A DNA stretch of 64,000 bases from an uncultured Solirubrobacteraceae bacterium (lineage in GTDB: Bacteria; Actinomycetota; Thermoleophilia; Solirubrobacterales; Solirubrobacteraceae), in contig CAWALH010000002.1 in the NCBI GenBank assembly GCA_963782925.1, forward strand, positions 14,106 through 78,105, read 5' to 3'. Every line of letters starts with the position of its first letter. Positions within the stretch are counted from its first letter, which is position 1. Both the position numbers and the translations under genes were made by a program. A model generated the notes under the pieces. That model saw only the letters and a list, made by a program, of their open reading frames with translations. It was not told the DNA's origin and searched no databases. This document shows, piece by piece, positions 30,345 through 39,485 of this stretch.

Positions 30345-31175
30345 TCAGCCGGTCGCGATCGCGATCCCGGGCTGCAGGCCTTCGTTGTCGAAGTTGTCGC
30401 TCGGCCCGACACAGCTCGGCAACGCCGGGTCGAACCGGAACGAGCCCGTGCCCGCGACGCCGTTGTCGCAGTACGCGCCCGCCCACAGCGAGTCGATGTA
30501 GTCGCTCGCCGGCTGCGGGTCGCTCCCGACCGACGGCGCGCCTTCGAAGCCGCCGAGGTTCAGCGAGTCGTACGGCCCCAGGACGTGCGTCGGTTCGGCG
30601 CCGTAGTCAGTCGTGTTGAACGACACGCTGACGATCGCCTTGCTCGGGATCGATACGCCTTTCAGCGCGAACGTGACCTTGAACAGCTTGCCGTGGAAGC
30701 AGCTTCCCTGCTTGAACCAGCCGCCGTTGCCGGCGCACTTCGTCGCGTTGGCCGACGGGCGGTAGGGAATCTTGAACGTCTTCGTCAGGCTGGCGATCTG
30801 CGTGCCGACCGCGTCGCCGGCGCCGGGCGTGTAGATGTGAAGCGTCAACGGCCATTCGAACTTCGCGCCGCTCGCGCTCACGCACGACCCGTCTTCGGCG
30901 CCGCCGCTCTGACAGGCCCAGCTGCTCATCGCGACCGTAACCTTCGTGACGTTGAGCGTCGGCCCGGCGAGTTGCACCTCGCCGCCGAACTGCGACGTCG
31001 ACGTCGCCTCGAAGGCCTCCGACACCACGTTCCCGGGCAGCGTCGCCGGGAAGTTGCTGTAGACCGTCGTGAGGCTCGCTGCGCCGGCCGAGGCGCTCGC
31101 GCACGCGAGAACGGCTGCGGTTGCGAGCACGACCGTGACCGACCTGGCGACGCGCACTGGAATCTTTCCAATCAT
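30345..31175 (-). CDS. Secreted protein of unknown function (paralog of 33772-34551)
   Basis: Signal peptide; LPGN, ATSTSxFGGEVxLAG and MSSWACQSG shared with the paralog. Confidence 0.8.
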   Translation of the reverse strand: MIGKIPVRVARSVTVVLATAAVLACASASAGAASLTTVYSNFPATLPGNVVSEAFEATSTSQFGGEVQLAGPTLNVTKVTVAMSSWACQSGGAEDGSCVSASGAKFEWPLTLHIYTPGAGDAVGTQIASLTKTFKIPYRPSANATKCAGNGGWFKQGSCFHGKLFKVTFALKGVSIPSKAIVSVSFNTTDYGAEPTHVLGPYDSLNLGGFEGAPSVGSDPQPASDYIDSLWAGAYCDNGVAGTGSFRFDPALPSCVGPSDNFDNEGLQPGIAIATG

Positions 31176-31355
31176 TTCTGCCTCCATTCGTCTTCACACG
31201 CCCAGGCCGGCTGGCCTGGGCAGCTGACCCTCCACGGGTCCTCTGAGCCGCTCCCCTCCAGGAGAGGCGGGCGAAGGCCGCGCGGCGCGGCACGTCGTGG
31301 TCGCAGTCTCGCGACGTGCGACAAACCCCCCCGACTGCGTACTTGCCCGAAGCGC

Positions 31356-31384
31356 AAGCTATCCGGCCGCTCGGCGCTTGTCAA
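31356..31384 (-). promoter_or_regulatory. Sigma70-type promoter
   Basis: Minus strand TTGACA-17 bp-TAGCTT, giving a ~170 nt leader. Confidence 0.75.
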
Positions 31385-31420
31385 AGAATGTGCCAGCTGT
31401 TCACAATCGGACGCGACGCG

Positions 31421-32071
31421 TCATTGCGCGCCGCCGGCGCGCGGCTCGCGCCACATGCGCCACTGCGGCGGCGCGCCGCGGCCGAGCGTGAACTGCTCGA
31501 TCGGCTCGAACCCGTGGCGTTCGTACATCGCGCGGTTGCGCGGCGAGGAGGCCTCGAGGAAGGCAGGCACGCGCTCGCGATCGCAGCGCGCGAGCACGGG
31601 CGCGATCAGCGCGCTGCCGAGCCCGCGGCCCTGCCAGACGGGATCGACGCCGAGGAACGCGAGGTAGTAGTGCGGCGGGAACCTCGGCTCGGCCGGATGC
31701 CCGCGCTCGAGGATCGTCAGCGAGCGCAGCACGCGCGGGAGATGGCGCCGGAACACGCCGGCGATCGCCGGCAAGAGGCGCAGCTGCTCGCCGACGCCGT
31801 GCCGCCACGCGCCGGGCGGCTCCCAGACGGCGGCGCCTGCGGCGTCGGCGGTCGTGTACGTCTCCTCGCTGTCGAGCCAGACGCGGCGCAGGAACAGCTC
31901 GAAGCCGCCGCGCAGCGCGCGCATCCGCCGCATGTCGCCGCGCAGCACCCAGCTGAACGCCGGGTCGTCGAAGAACGCGCGCGCGAGCGCGCTCGCGATG
32001 CCGTCGAGATCGTCGCCGGTCGCCTTGCGGACCGTCGCCGCCTGCTCGTTGGCCGCGGCGACGTCGATCAT
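31421..32071 (-). CDS. GNAT family N-acetyltransferase
   Basis: LARAFFDDP, YYLAFLGVDPVWQGRGLG, FLEASSPRN, YERHGF. Confidence 0.9.
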   Translation of the reverse strand: MIDVAAANEQAATVRKATGDDLDGIASALARAFFDDPAFSWVLRGDMRRMRALRGGFELFLRRVWLDSEETYTTADAAGAAVWEPPGAWRHGVGEQLRLLPAIAGVFRRHLPRVLRSLTILERGHPAEPRFPPHYYLAFLGVDPVWQGRGLGSALIAPVLARCDRERVPAFLEASSPRNRAMYERHGFEPIEQFTLGRGAPPQWRMWREPRAGGAQ

Positions 32072-32078
32072 CGGCGCG

Positions 32079-32507
32079 TCAGGCGTTGCTCTCGACCGAC
32101 GGCAGCGCGCGGTTGATCGAGCGCGTCAGCGACGCGTGCACGATCGGCGCGATGCCGGGGATCGGCGAGGCGATGCGGATGTCGTAGACGAAGCGCGTGC
32201 CGCCGGACGGCGTCGGCGCGAACGTCATCGTGCCGACGTGGCCGCGCAGCGGGCTGCCCTTCGTGATCCGGTAGACGATCCGCTCGGACGGGACGAACTC
32301 GGTGACGGTCTCCTCGAACGGCGGCAGCGGGCCGATCCGCAGCTGGCGCACCGAGCCGACGCCGTTGCGCTCGGGCTCGCCGTCGCGCAGGCGCGTGATC
32401 TTCGCGCCGAACACCTCGGCGAGGTTCTCGTGCTCGGCCAGGCGCGCGAAGATCCGCTCGGGCGGCTTGGCGAAGTCGTGCTCGACGTGGACGTGGTGCG
32501 CTCGCAC
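32079..32507 (-). CDS. SRPBCC (START-fold) protein
   Basis: ERIFARLAEHE, GVGSVRQL, EETVTEFVP, IVYRI; TACGCT 6 nt before GTG. Confidence 0.82.
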   Translation of the reverse strand: MRAHHVHVEHDFAKPPERIFARLAEHENLAEVFGAKITRLRDGEPERNGVGSVRQLRIGPLPPFEETVTEFVPSERIVYRITKGSPLRGHVGTMTFAPTPSGGTRFVYDIRIASPIPGIAPIVHASLTRSINRALPSVESNA

Positions 32508-32582
32508 CAGCGCAGCGTATCTGGCGGGCGCGTCGCGCGCGGGCGGCTCGACTACGCGAGACCGTAGCGGTACATTGCGGTC

Positions 32583-33644
32583 ATGCTCAGCACGGGGGAG
32601 CGCGCGCCGGGGCCGACGCGCCGACGGGAGCGCCGACGGGAGCGCGTCGCGGACGCGCGGAGGTCGCATCGCGGACGTGCGACGGCCGCGCTCGCCGTCG
32701 CGCTCGCGAGCGCGCTGCTCGGCCTCGGCGCGCTGGCGCCGGCGGGAGCGCAGGCGACGCTGAACGCGCAGAACGCGCTGATCTACATGCCGTACGGGCT
32801 GATCCACTCGCTGCGCAGCAATGCGGAAGTCGACGGCTACCTCACCGAAGTCGACTCGTACGGGATCGATCAATTCGTGTTCGCGATGCCGGCGTTCAAG
32901 AAGCTCGGTGCGCTGAAGGCGCCGAAGCACAACCGCCAGATGCTCGAACTGTGGTCGCAGCGCGCGTCGGTGTACGACGCGGCGCACGCGACGGGGCTGT
33001 CGCTGACGATCGTGTTCAACGGCAAGATCAAGACGAAGCGCAACGGGCTCGACCTCGACGAAGCGACGACGCGCGCGAACATCGTGTCGGCCGTCGAATC
33101 GTCGCTCGCGCTCGGCGCGTCGGGCGTGCAGCTCGACCTCGAGCCGTACCCGACGAGCGCCGGCTTCATCACGCTGCTCGAAGAAATCGATGCGATGTTC
33201 GCGCGCGTCGGCTTCGGCGGGCGCCTGTCGGTGACGGCGCCGGCGAGCGTCGGGCGCTGGTCGCCGTCGTACCTCGAGCGCGTGACGCAGCTCGTCACGC
33301 AGGTCGACCCGCTGTACTACGACAGCGAATCGACGAGCACGGCCGCGTACCAGGCGTGGATGCGCGGAAGCCTCGCGTACTACTCGGCGAACGCGTCCTC
33401 GACGTGCCTGATCGTGCCGGTGCTGCCGTCGTACTCGGCCAACCCCTGGCACGTGCCGAGCGTCGAGGACATCGAACACGCGAGCGTCGCGCTCGGCGAA
33501 GCGCTCGGCGCCGGCAGCCGCGTCGACGGCGCCGGGATCTGGTCGGGCTGGGGCTTCCTGCTCGACGAGGAAGGCGCCTACGACGGCAGCGGCGACCGCG
33601 CCGCGTGGCGCTCGCTGACCGCCGGCCTGCCGTTCTCGTCCTGA
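32583..33644 (+). CDS. Secreted GH18-like TIM-barrel glycoside hydrolase
   Basis: Arg-rich signal peptide; SGVQLDLEPYP resembles the GH18 DxDxE motif; GAGIW on the last strand. Confidence 0.6.
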   Translation: MLSTGERAPGPTRRRERRRERVADARRSHRGRATAALAVALASALLGLGALAPAGAQATLNAQNALIYMPYGLIHSLRSNAEVDGYLTEVDSYGIDQFVFAMPAFKKLGALKAPKHNRQMLELWSQRASVYDAAHATGLSLTIVFNGKIKTKRNGLDLDEATTRANIVSAVESSLALGASGVQLDLEPYPTSAGFITLLEEIDAMFARVGFGGRLSVTAPASVGRWSPSYLERVTQLVTQVDPLYYDSESTSTAAYQAWMRGSLAYYSANASSTCLIVPVLPSYSANPWHVPSVEDIEHASVALGEALGAGSRVDGAGIWSGWGFLLDEEGAYDGSGDRAAWRSLTAGLPFSS

Positions 33645-33710
33645 GCTCGGTCTCCGGGCCCGAGCTCGGTCGCGCGCTGAGCTCGGTCTCGCGGCGAGCC
33701 CCGGACACGA

Positions 33711-33740
33711 CGAAGGCCCCGCCGGACGGCGAGGCCTTCG
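33711..33740. terminator. Hairpin between convergent genes
   Basis: CGAAGGCCCCGCC-GGAC-GGCGAGGCCTTCG. Confidence 0.6.
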
Positions 33741-33771
33741 CGCACTTCGGACTTTGGTCGGCCGATCGGCG

Positions 33772-34551
33772 CTACGGCAGCGCGGTGACCTCGAAGACCG
33801 GCTGGTAGTCGATCCCTTCCTGGCAGCCGGCGCCTTCCTCGCCGCCAAGCGTTCCAATGTCTTTGGCGCCCGGGCAGTACATTTCGCTCCAGGTCGAGTT
33901 GGCGAACCATTCTTCGACCGGCTGCGCGCCGATCGACAGCGTTTTTTCGGACGGTTCGCTGACGGCGACGTTGAGCGACTGCGCCGGACCGGAGGAGTGC
34001 GGGTAGGACACGGTGATGACCGTGCGCTTCGGCATTTTCTTCAGCTTCGGCAGCTTGACTTCGATCGGGAAGGCGAAGCCGTGCGAGCATTCGGTCGTCG
34101 CTTCGTCGTACCACTCGTGCGCCGGGCATTTGCCGGGGCTGTCGGACGGCCGGTAGAGCATCTTGACGTTCTTCGTGCGTTCGGCGATCGGCGCCTCGGT
34201 GAGTTCGCCGGCGCCGTACACGCGGATCGTGACCGGCACGCGGAAGCCCTTCGCCGGCTTGCTCGTGGTGCAGCTGGCTTCGGTCCACGCGCCGCTCTGA
34301 CACGCCCAGCTGCTCATCACGACCTTGACGGTCGGTTTTTCGCGCGAGGCGCCGGCGAGTTCGACCTCGCCGCCGAACTCGCTCGTCGACGTGGCCGCGA
34401 GGCCGATTGACGCGAAGTTGCCCGGCAGCGACGCCGGGACGTTGTCGTAGACGACTTCGGCGCTGGCCGCGCCAGCGGCGAGCGCAGCGAACGCCGCCGC
34501 GGCGAGGATCGCGACGGCGAGCCTCGCTGCCCTTCCAATTCCCCCAGCCAT
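33772..34551 (-). CDS. Secreted protein of unknown function (paralog of 30345-31175)
   Basis: Signal peptide ending ASA; shared motifs including MSSWACQSG and YRPS. Confidence 0.8.
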   Translation of the reverse strand: MAGGIGRAARLAVAILAAAAFAALAAGAASAEVVYDNVPASLPGNFASIGLAATSTSEFGGEVELAGASREKPTVKVVMSSWACQSGAWTEASCTTSKPAKGFRVPVTIRVYGAGELTEAPIAERTKNVKMLYRPSDSPGKCPAHEWYDEATTECSHGFAFPIEVKLPKLKKMPKRTVITVSYPHSSGPAQSLNVAVSEPSEKTLSIGAQPVEEWFANSTWSEMYCPGAKDIGTLGGEEGAGCQEGIDYQPVFEVTALP

Positions 34552-34628
34552 GTTCTGCTCCATTCCTTGATGAGCCCTCGAGCCGTACCGGCCGCAGGGC
34601 GTCTGATCCCCCCTCCAGGGGCTGGCGC

Positions 34629-34658
34629 ACCGTACCCAACGACGCGCTCTATTGTCAA
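34629..34658 (-). promoter_or_regulatory. Sigma70-type promoter
   Basis: Minus strand TTGACA-18 bp-TACGGT. Confidence 0.65.
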
Positions 34659-34674
34659 CCGGCGGCGACCGACG

Positions 34675-35082
34675 CTAGCCGACCGCGCCGAGCTGGCGCA
34701 GCAGCCCGAGCGTGTCGCAGACGAGCCACTCCTCGGCGATCTTGCCGTCGCTGACGCGGAAGATCGAGACGGCCTCGAGCGCGACGGGCCGACCGGTCGG
34801 CGCGATGCCCATCAGCGAGTCGCGGTGCGTGCCGGTGCCGATCCAGCGCGCGACGACGCGGTCGCCGGCGGAGATCAGCTCCTCGACGTGACAGCGCCCG
34901 TCGAGCGCCCGCTGGTAGGCGCGGATGCGCAACTTGACGCCGTCCGGACCTTCGACGGGCGGCGCTTGCGGGCCGTGCGAGACGTACTTCGTCGCGATGA
35001 TCTCATCGGCGATGTCGGCGTTACGGCCGTTGCACAGCTCTTCGAAATAGCGCCGCACGACGGCCTCGTTCTGCTGCGACAT
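34675..35082 (-). CDS. SnoaL-like ester cyclase family protein
   Basis: NEAVVRRYFEE, GDRVVARW, GTH, GIAPTGR, DGKIAEEW, LLRQLG. Confidence 0.88.
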   Translation of the reverse strand: MSQQNEAVVRRYFEELCNGRNADIADEIIATKYVSHGPQAPPVEGPDGVKLRIRAYQRALDGRCHVEELISAGDRVVARWIGTGTHRDSLMGIAPTGRPVALEAVSIFRVSDGKIAEEWLVCDTLGLLRQLGAVG

Positions 35083-35245
35083 GAGCAGGGCCTCCCTCTT
35101 CGCGTTCCCCCGGCAGGCGCAAGCGTAGCCGACTGTCCCGCCGATTCGATTCGGTCGGATTTCACGCCTGGGCGTGGAGTCGCCAGCGGGTGCGCGGAGC
35201 GCTTCGGGCGGGAGCCGTGCGGTGTTGATTTGCATTAATCAGACG

Positions 35246-36034
35246 ATGACAGCCGTGAGTGAGGCGACGAGCGCGCAGCGGCCGCTCGGGTACTCGCTCC
35301 GCACGCGCCTGCATAGCCGCCGCGAACAGGCGTGGCTCGCCGTCGACGTGCTGATCGTCGCGTGGCTGTGCTGGCTGTTCGACGCGATCAACAACCTCGC
35401 GCCGGTGCAACAGGAGCTCGCCGTGATCGACGGGCGGCGCGTGATCGACGTCGAGCGCACGCTGCATCTCGATCCAGAGCTGTCGCTCGACCGCTGGCTG
35501 GCGCAGCGGCACGCGCTCAGCACGATCGTCGTGTTCTGGTACGAAAACGTGCACATCGTCGTCACGCTCGGCGTGTTCGCGTGGCTGTGGTGGCGCCGGC
35601 CGGACGTGCTCGGCGTGATGCGCGCGACGCTCGTGATCGTCAACGTGCTCGCGCTGGCGATCTTCTGGAGCTTCCCGACGGCGCCGCCGCGGATGCTGTC
35701 GGGCAGCTACGTCGACCTCGTCGCGTCGGTCGACCACCTGCCGGTGTGGCAGATCGGCGCGACGGCGCTCGACTCGAACCAGCTGTGCTCGATGCCGTCG
35801 CTGCACATCGCGTGGGCGGCGTGGTGCTCGATCGCCGTCTGGCGGATCACGGCGAAACGATGGCTGCGCGCGCTCGCGCTCGTCTACCCGCTGCTGACGA
35901 CGTTCGCGGTGATGGCGACCGGCAACCACTATCTCGCCGACGCCGTGCTCGGCGCCGGCCTGACCGGGCTCGCGCTGCTCGTCGCTCAGCGCCTGCCGCG
36001 GCGCCTGGTCGGCCTGCGCGCGGGCGGCGAGTAG
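35246..36034 (+). CDS. PAP2 / inositol-phosphorylceramide-synthase-like membrane protein
   Basis: PTAPPRM, MPSLHIAW, ATGNHYLAD and multiple TM helices. Confidence 0.87.
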   Translation: MTAVSEATSAQRPLGYSLRTRLHSRREQAWLAVDVLIVAWLCWLFDAINNLAPVQQELAVIDGRRVIDVERTLHLDPELSLDRWLAQRHALSTIVVFWYENVHIVVTLGVFAWLWWRRPDVLGVMRATLVIVNVLALAIFWSFPTAPPRMLSGSYVDLVASVDHLPVWQIGATALDSNQLCSMPSLHIAWAAWCSIAVWRITAKRWLRALALVYPLLTTFAVMATGNHYLADAVLGAGLTGLALLVAQRLPRRLVGLRAGGE

Positions 36035-37680
36035 GCGATCAGCGTCAGCGCGCGGCGCGCGTTCGGCGTCGGCTTCGCGCGCGGGCCGAGCGTCGCGCTC
36101 GCCTGCACGCGCAGGCGATGTCCCCTGGCGGCCTTCAGCAGCCGTATGCCGGCGGGCGTGACCGGCACCCAGATCCGCGCGCTCGCGCCCTCGGCGATCG
36201 TGAACTCGGCGCGGCCGATCGCGACCACTCGCGGCTTCGGCTTCGGCTTCGCCCTGCCCTTGCGATTGAGCGCCGTGCGCGCGCGCCTGCGCGCCTGCGG
36301 CGGCGCCGGCAGCGTGTAGGCGAGCGCGAGTTGCCCCTTGCACGGATCGCCGCCGCAGCGCAGCGCGATCAGCGCACGCCCGCGCTTGTCGAGCTTCGCG
36401 CTCGCGCTGAGGATCGCGACCGACGCAGGCCCGGACGGTCCCACGACGGGCGCGCCGCTCGGCGGCGGCAGCGACGGCGTCAGCGGGCCGGCGAGCGGCG
36501 TCGAGCTGCCGAGGCAGCCCGGCGTGTTCGGTCCCTGGTCGGGATCGATCGTCAGTCGCAGCGTCGCGATCGATTCGTTGAGCGGGATCGCGACCGGCGT
36601 CGGGCCGACGTCGTTGAACGAGTACGCGTACGCGTTCGAGTATTCGCCGATGATCGCCGCGTATTCGCTGTACGTCGCATACGGCGCGGCGCTCGCGCGC
36701 GCCGCCGCGAAGTCGGGCTTGCCGAGCCAGTCGGCGCTGCTGTTGCCGTAGCGCCCGCCCCAGTAGCCGAGCGCGAAGCCGGCGACGAGATCGCGGTAGA
36801 TCACCGAGTACTTGTTGTTTTCGCCGACTTCCGCCTTTTTGCCGCCGACTTCGAACGGCGTGTTGCCGGTGTAGATCGCCGTCGGCAGCGAAACGCCTGA
36901 GATCCGCACCGGTTCGCCTTCGACCGGCGCCGCGCCGGGCGGCGTTTCGAACGTGCCGCTCAACGTGATCGAGCCGTCCGCTTCGAATTTTCCGTGGTAG
37001 TGGATTCCCACTTTCGGTTCGCTCTCGAACGTGTCGACGATCTGGATTTCCTGCCCGACCATCGACTGCACGTACGGCGCCATCGACGCGTAGCTCGACG
37101 GCGAGAGCTGCGGCGAGAGCAGGCGCACGAACTGGCCGGCGCTGCTCACTTCGGCCGACGGCGCGAGCGCGCGCAGGCGCGAGAGCACCGTCGAGGTGTT
37201 GCAGCGGAAGCCGAGCGATTCGCCGATCTGCGCGCCCGAGCCGTCGAGCGCCTGCAGCTCGAACGGGATCGCGAAGAAGTCGACCGACGTCAGGTTGGCG
37301 ACGCCGGGGTTCGTGAACTCGATCTTGTCGTAGCGCGTCGGCGCCTGCGGCGGTTCGGCCGGGCCGACGGGCGAGCCGTAGGAGACGAACAGCCGGCCGG
37401 CTTCGATCGACGCGATCGAGAAGCGCGATTCGCGCACTTCGCTGAGCGCCTTCGGCACGTCGTTGACGAGCTGCCCGTCGCTGCTCGAGCCGTCGTGCAG
37501 CGTCAGGTAGACGCTCTGCGGCGAGCGGCCCGAGCCGTTGACGATTTCGACCTCGACCGCGTCGCCCGCCGGCGCGGCCAACGCGAGCGCGGCGCAGCCG
37601 CCCGCCGCAACGAGCAGCGCGCGTCGGGCCGCGCGCCCGGCGCGCGCCTGCCAGCGTCGATTCTCAGAGCCCCCGGCGAT
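35986..37680 (-). CDS. Secreted GH64-like beta-1,3-glucanase with basic C-terminal domain
   Basis: GRLFVSYG, YDKIEFT, NLTSVDFFAIP, AYAYSFND. The signal peptide lies upstream of the track's TTG 37581, and the open frame extends to ATC 37680. Confidence 0.65.
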   Translation of the reverse strand: MAGGSENRRWQARAGRAARRALLVAAGGCAALALAAPAGDAVEVEIVNGSGRSPQSVYLTLHDGSSSDGQLVNDVPKALSEVRESRFSIASIEAGRLFVSYGSPVGPAEPPQAPTRYDKIEFTNPGVANLTSVDFFAIPFELQALDGSGAQIGESLGFRCNTSTVLSRLRALAPSAEVSSAGQFVRLLSPQLSPSSYASMAPYVQSMVGQEIQIVDTFESEPKVGIHYHGKFEADGSITLSGTFETPPGAAPVEGEPVRISGVSLPTAIYTGNTPFEVGGKKAEVGENNKYSVIYRDLVAGFALGYWGGRYGNSSADWLGKPDFAAARASAAPYATYSEYAAIIGEYSNAYAYSFNDVGPTPVAIPLNESIATLRLTIDPDQGPNTPGCLGSSTPLAGPLTPSLPPPSGAPVVGPSGPASVAILSASAKLDKRGRALIALRCGGDPCKGQLALAYTLPAPPQARRRARTALNRKGRAKPKPKPRVVAIGRAEFTIAEGASARIWVPVTPAGIRLLKAARGHRLRVQASATLGPRAKPTPNARRALTLIAYSPPARRPTRRRGRR

Positions 37681-37720
37681 CGCGTGAAGCTAATCCGCGC
37701 GCCGGACGGCTCGCGGGCGG

Positions 37721-38026
37721 CTACACCGCGCAGGGGCGCGAGCGCAGGTCGGCGCCGACCTCGGTGATGCCGGCTGACGTGATCTTGATCCGCGTCGGCA
37801 CGTTGCCGCGCGCGAGCAGCTTGACGAGCACCGACTCGCCCTTCGTCTCGATCCCCGAGCGCAGCGGCTCGTCGAACGCGTCGGGGCGCAGCGCGTCGGC
37901 GATCTGAACGTACACGTGCTTTTCGGCGCGCCCGTCCATCACCTTCCAGCGGTACGTGTCGCCGGGGCGCGGCGCCTTGATCGGCGTCGGGCCCCCGATG
38001 ATCGTCGGATCTGCGGCCATGGACAT
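37721..38026 (-). CDS. Hypothetical protein
   Basis: Protein-like composition filling the gap between two genes; start uncertain. Confidence 0.5.
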   Translation of the reverse strand: MSMAADPTIIGGPTPIKAPRPGDTYRWKVMDGRAEKHVYVQIADALRPDAFDEPLRSGIETKGESVLVKLLARGNVPTRIKITSAGITEVGADLRSRPCAV

Positions 38027-38121
38027 GAGCATCGCGCGCGCGTGCGCGCGCGGACAGGGCCAGTTGGCCAGCATCGGCGCGGCGGCGTTGGACACGCGTC
38101 AAGCCGCCGAACCGCGGCGGC

Positions 38122-39297
38122 TCAGGCGCCGCGCGCGACGCGGTCGATCAGCGTCTCGGCAACGGCGCTCGCCTGCGCGATCGTCCCCCAGCAGAGGTTC
38201 TCGGGAACGTCGCTCGGCCAGTGGTAGTTGGCCGGCACCTTCAGCTCGGTGCACGCCGCCAGGCAGGCCGCGCGGTAGCCGGCGCGCAGGGCAGGCAGCG
38301 CATCGGTGCCGCCGGCGCCGAGCCGCAGTCCGCGCCACACGTCGATCCCGGCCTCGTCGGCGGCCGCCTGCAGCTCCTCGCGCAGCGACGCGTCGTGATC
38401 GCGCATCCGCAGCATCCCCTCGCCCTCCATCACGAGCAGATGCGGCGAGCCGACGCACTCGAGCGCGACGACGCGCGTGCACGCCGGGTCGAGCGCGCCG
38501 CGGTGGCGCGCGACGAAGCCGCGCATGCCCTCCATGAACGACTCCTCGCTGCCGGTCGACAGCAGCAGCACGCGCACGCCGCGCGGCGGATGCTCGCGCA
38601 TGCGCTCGGCGAGCGTCAGCAGCACTGCGACCGCGCTGAGGTTGTCGTTTGCGCCGGCGACGACCGGCGAGCGCGCGACGTCGGCGAGCAGCGCCGCCGA
38701 CACCGCGCTCCACAGCGTCCCGAGGCGGCGCAGGCGGCGAGCGCCGAGCGCGCTGCCGAGCGCGACGAGCGCCGGCCCGGCGACGAGCAGCTGGCCGGTC
38801 TGCGTCGAGGTCGTCTGCTTCGCGTACCAGCCGGGCGCGAGCCGGTTGACGAGCGGGACGAGCCCCGGGTGGAACAGGAGGCCGGTGTGCGCGGCGTCGT
38901 GGTGCGCGACGAGCACGACCGTCTCGCGCGCGCGCTCGTCGCCGGCCCACGCGAGCACGTTCGTCGTCTCGCGCCGCGGCAGCGCGCGGCGCAGCACGTG
39001 CGCGCCGTTGTCGACGTCGTCGGCGAGCAGGGCGGCGGCGAGCGTCGCCATCGCGGCGCCGGCCCGGCGCGAGCGACCGCCGATCGCGCCGGCGAGCGCG
39101 CCGAGGCCGGCGGCGAGCCCGACCGACGGCCAGAAGCCGCTCGCCGCTCGCTCGCGCTCGAGCACCGGGCTCAGCCCGCGCTCGCGCAGCATCTGCGCGA
39201 GCAGCTCGGCCGCGCGCGCCTCGCCCGCGCTCGCCGAGCCGCGCTCGATCGCCGCGAGTCGCTGCACGTCATCGCGCGTGGCGGCGCCGATCGTCAC
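38122..39297 (-). CDS. M28 family metallopeptidase, membrane-associated
   Basis: VAHHDA, GANDNLSAV, GSEE, GGTD, NYHWPSD and TM segments. Confidence 0.87.
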   Translation of the reverse strand: MTIGAATRDDVQRLAAIERGSASAGEARAAELLAQMLRERGLSPVLERERAASGFWPSVGLAAGLGALAGAIGGRSRRAGAAMATLAAALLADDVDNGAHVLRRALPRRETTNVLAWAGDERARETVVLVAHHDAAHTGLLFHPGLVPLVNRLAPGWYAKQTTSTQTGQLLVAGPALVALGSALGARRLRRLGTLWSAVSAALLADVARSPVVAGANDNLSAVAVLLTLAERMREHPPRGVRVLLLSTGSEESFMEGMRGFVARHRGALDPACTRVVALECVGSPHLLVMEGEGMLRMRDHDASLREELQAAADEAGIDVWRGLRLGAGGTDALPALRAGYRAACLAACTELKVPANYHWPSDVPENLCWGTIAQASAVAETLIDRVARGA

Positions 39298-39485
39298 CGC
39301 CCGGAGGATGACCGATCGCCGGCTCTCGCGCACGGCGCGCCGCCGGATCTGGGCGCCGAAACGGCGGGAGATGCCCGTCGGAAACACGGCAACCGGCGCG
39401 GCCGGGGGTCGCGATACTGCGGGCATACCCGACTTGACTCGCTGAGCGATCCCCGTTCACGTATGGCCAGACGAAGGGAGGCCCG

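Noticed and set aside
33641-33692. GAGCTCGGTC repeated three times
   Set aside because: Too short and irregular for a CRISPR array; probably local slippage beside a terminator.
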